This document shows, in pieces, positions 63,538 to 64,000 of a DNA stretch of 64,000 nt; position 1 is the first letter of the stretch, and the number at the start of each line of letters is the position of its first letter. The notes beneath the pieces were generated by a model. That model was not told the origin of the DNA. It did no database searches and saw only the letters and a list, made by a program, of their open reading frames with translations. A program made the position numbers and the translations under genes. This stretch comes from Octopus sinensis (taxonomy: Eukaryota). The stretch is from assembly GCF_006345805.1 (NCBI RefSeq), contig NC_042997.1, forward strand, positions 176,948,001-177,012,000, read 5' to 3'.

Positions 63538-64000
63538 TTCTAGAATATGTATGTACTTACCACTTTTTATTCTTTTCTCTTATGCTGTTTCTCTGTCTAC
63601 CCAGCAACGTAATGATATAATTATCAGTTAGACTCTGCTGATGAAGCACAAAGATACAGTAACAGTCTGTTTCTATATACTGATATATAAGAAATACGAA
63701 ATATTAAATAGATTTAAATTTTATTCGCATATATATATATCTGACGTTTGATTCAGTCGAAAAAAGATATTTTTCACTTCGTTTGCACTTCTCTGTTAAA
63801 GAAAAAAAAAAAGAAGAAATAAAAACAAAATGGCTCCCCAATCAACGCGCGGTTTTATGAGAAATAAAAAAAAATATAAAAGCGGCCATAACGAAGGAAA
63901 TTCAAACGCTTAACGACGTTCCCGATATATGTGGGATATGGAGGCTAGCTCGCCTTTAGAAGATACAAAAAAGATGAAAACTGGCTGATAGTAAAAAGAC

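Overview
This is AT-rich eukaryotic genomic DNA, very rich in microsatellites. The SINE families and repeat content point to an octopus/coleoid cephalopod (inference from recognition, no database search). There is no intact protein-coding gene. Almost all ORFs in the track are translations of (TA)n, (TACA)n, (TCTA)n or (GA)n repeats. The window holds at least four tRNA-derived SINE families and decayed transposase relics (hAT of KIAA1586/ZNF862 type, mariner, Tc1, DD37D/DD41D-like). It also holds relics of non-LTR elements (R4/Dong, CRE, L1/Tx1, probable RTE, Penelope-like), two MITEs and a probable solo LTR. The most notable signals are: (1) a textbook plus-strand heat-shock promoter at 5611-5783 (7-unit HSE, ETS sites, TATA, Inr) with no hsp ORF behind it; (2) SINE dimers and a trimer joined at two recurrent, nucleotide-exact junctions; (3) Penelope-type minimal hammerhead ribozyme motifs and a 1.2-kb element bounded by inverted pLTR-like repeats; (4) two adjacent fold-back inversions anchored on (TA)n, which may be assembly artefacts; (5) a speculative chain of tiny phase-compatible minus-strand exons, suggesting a long-intron gene crosses the window. 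Ends of decayed repeats are approximate (roughly +/-20-50 bp).
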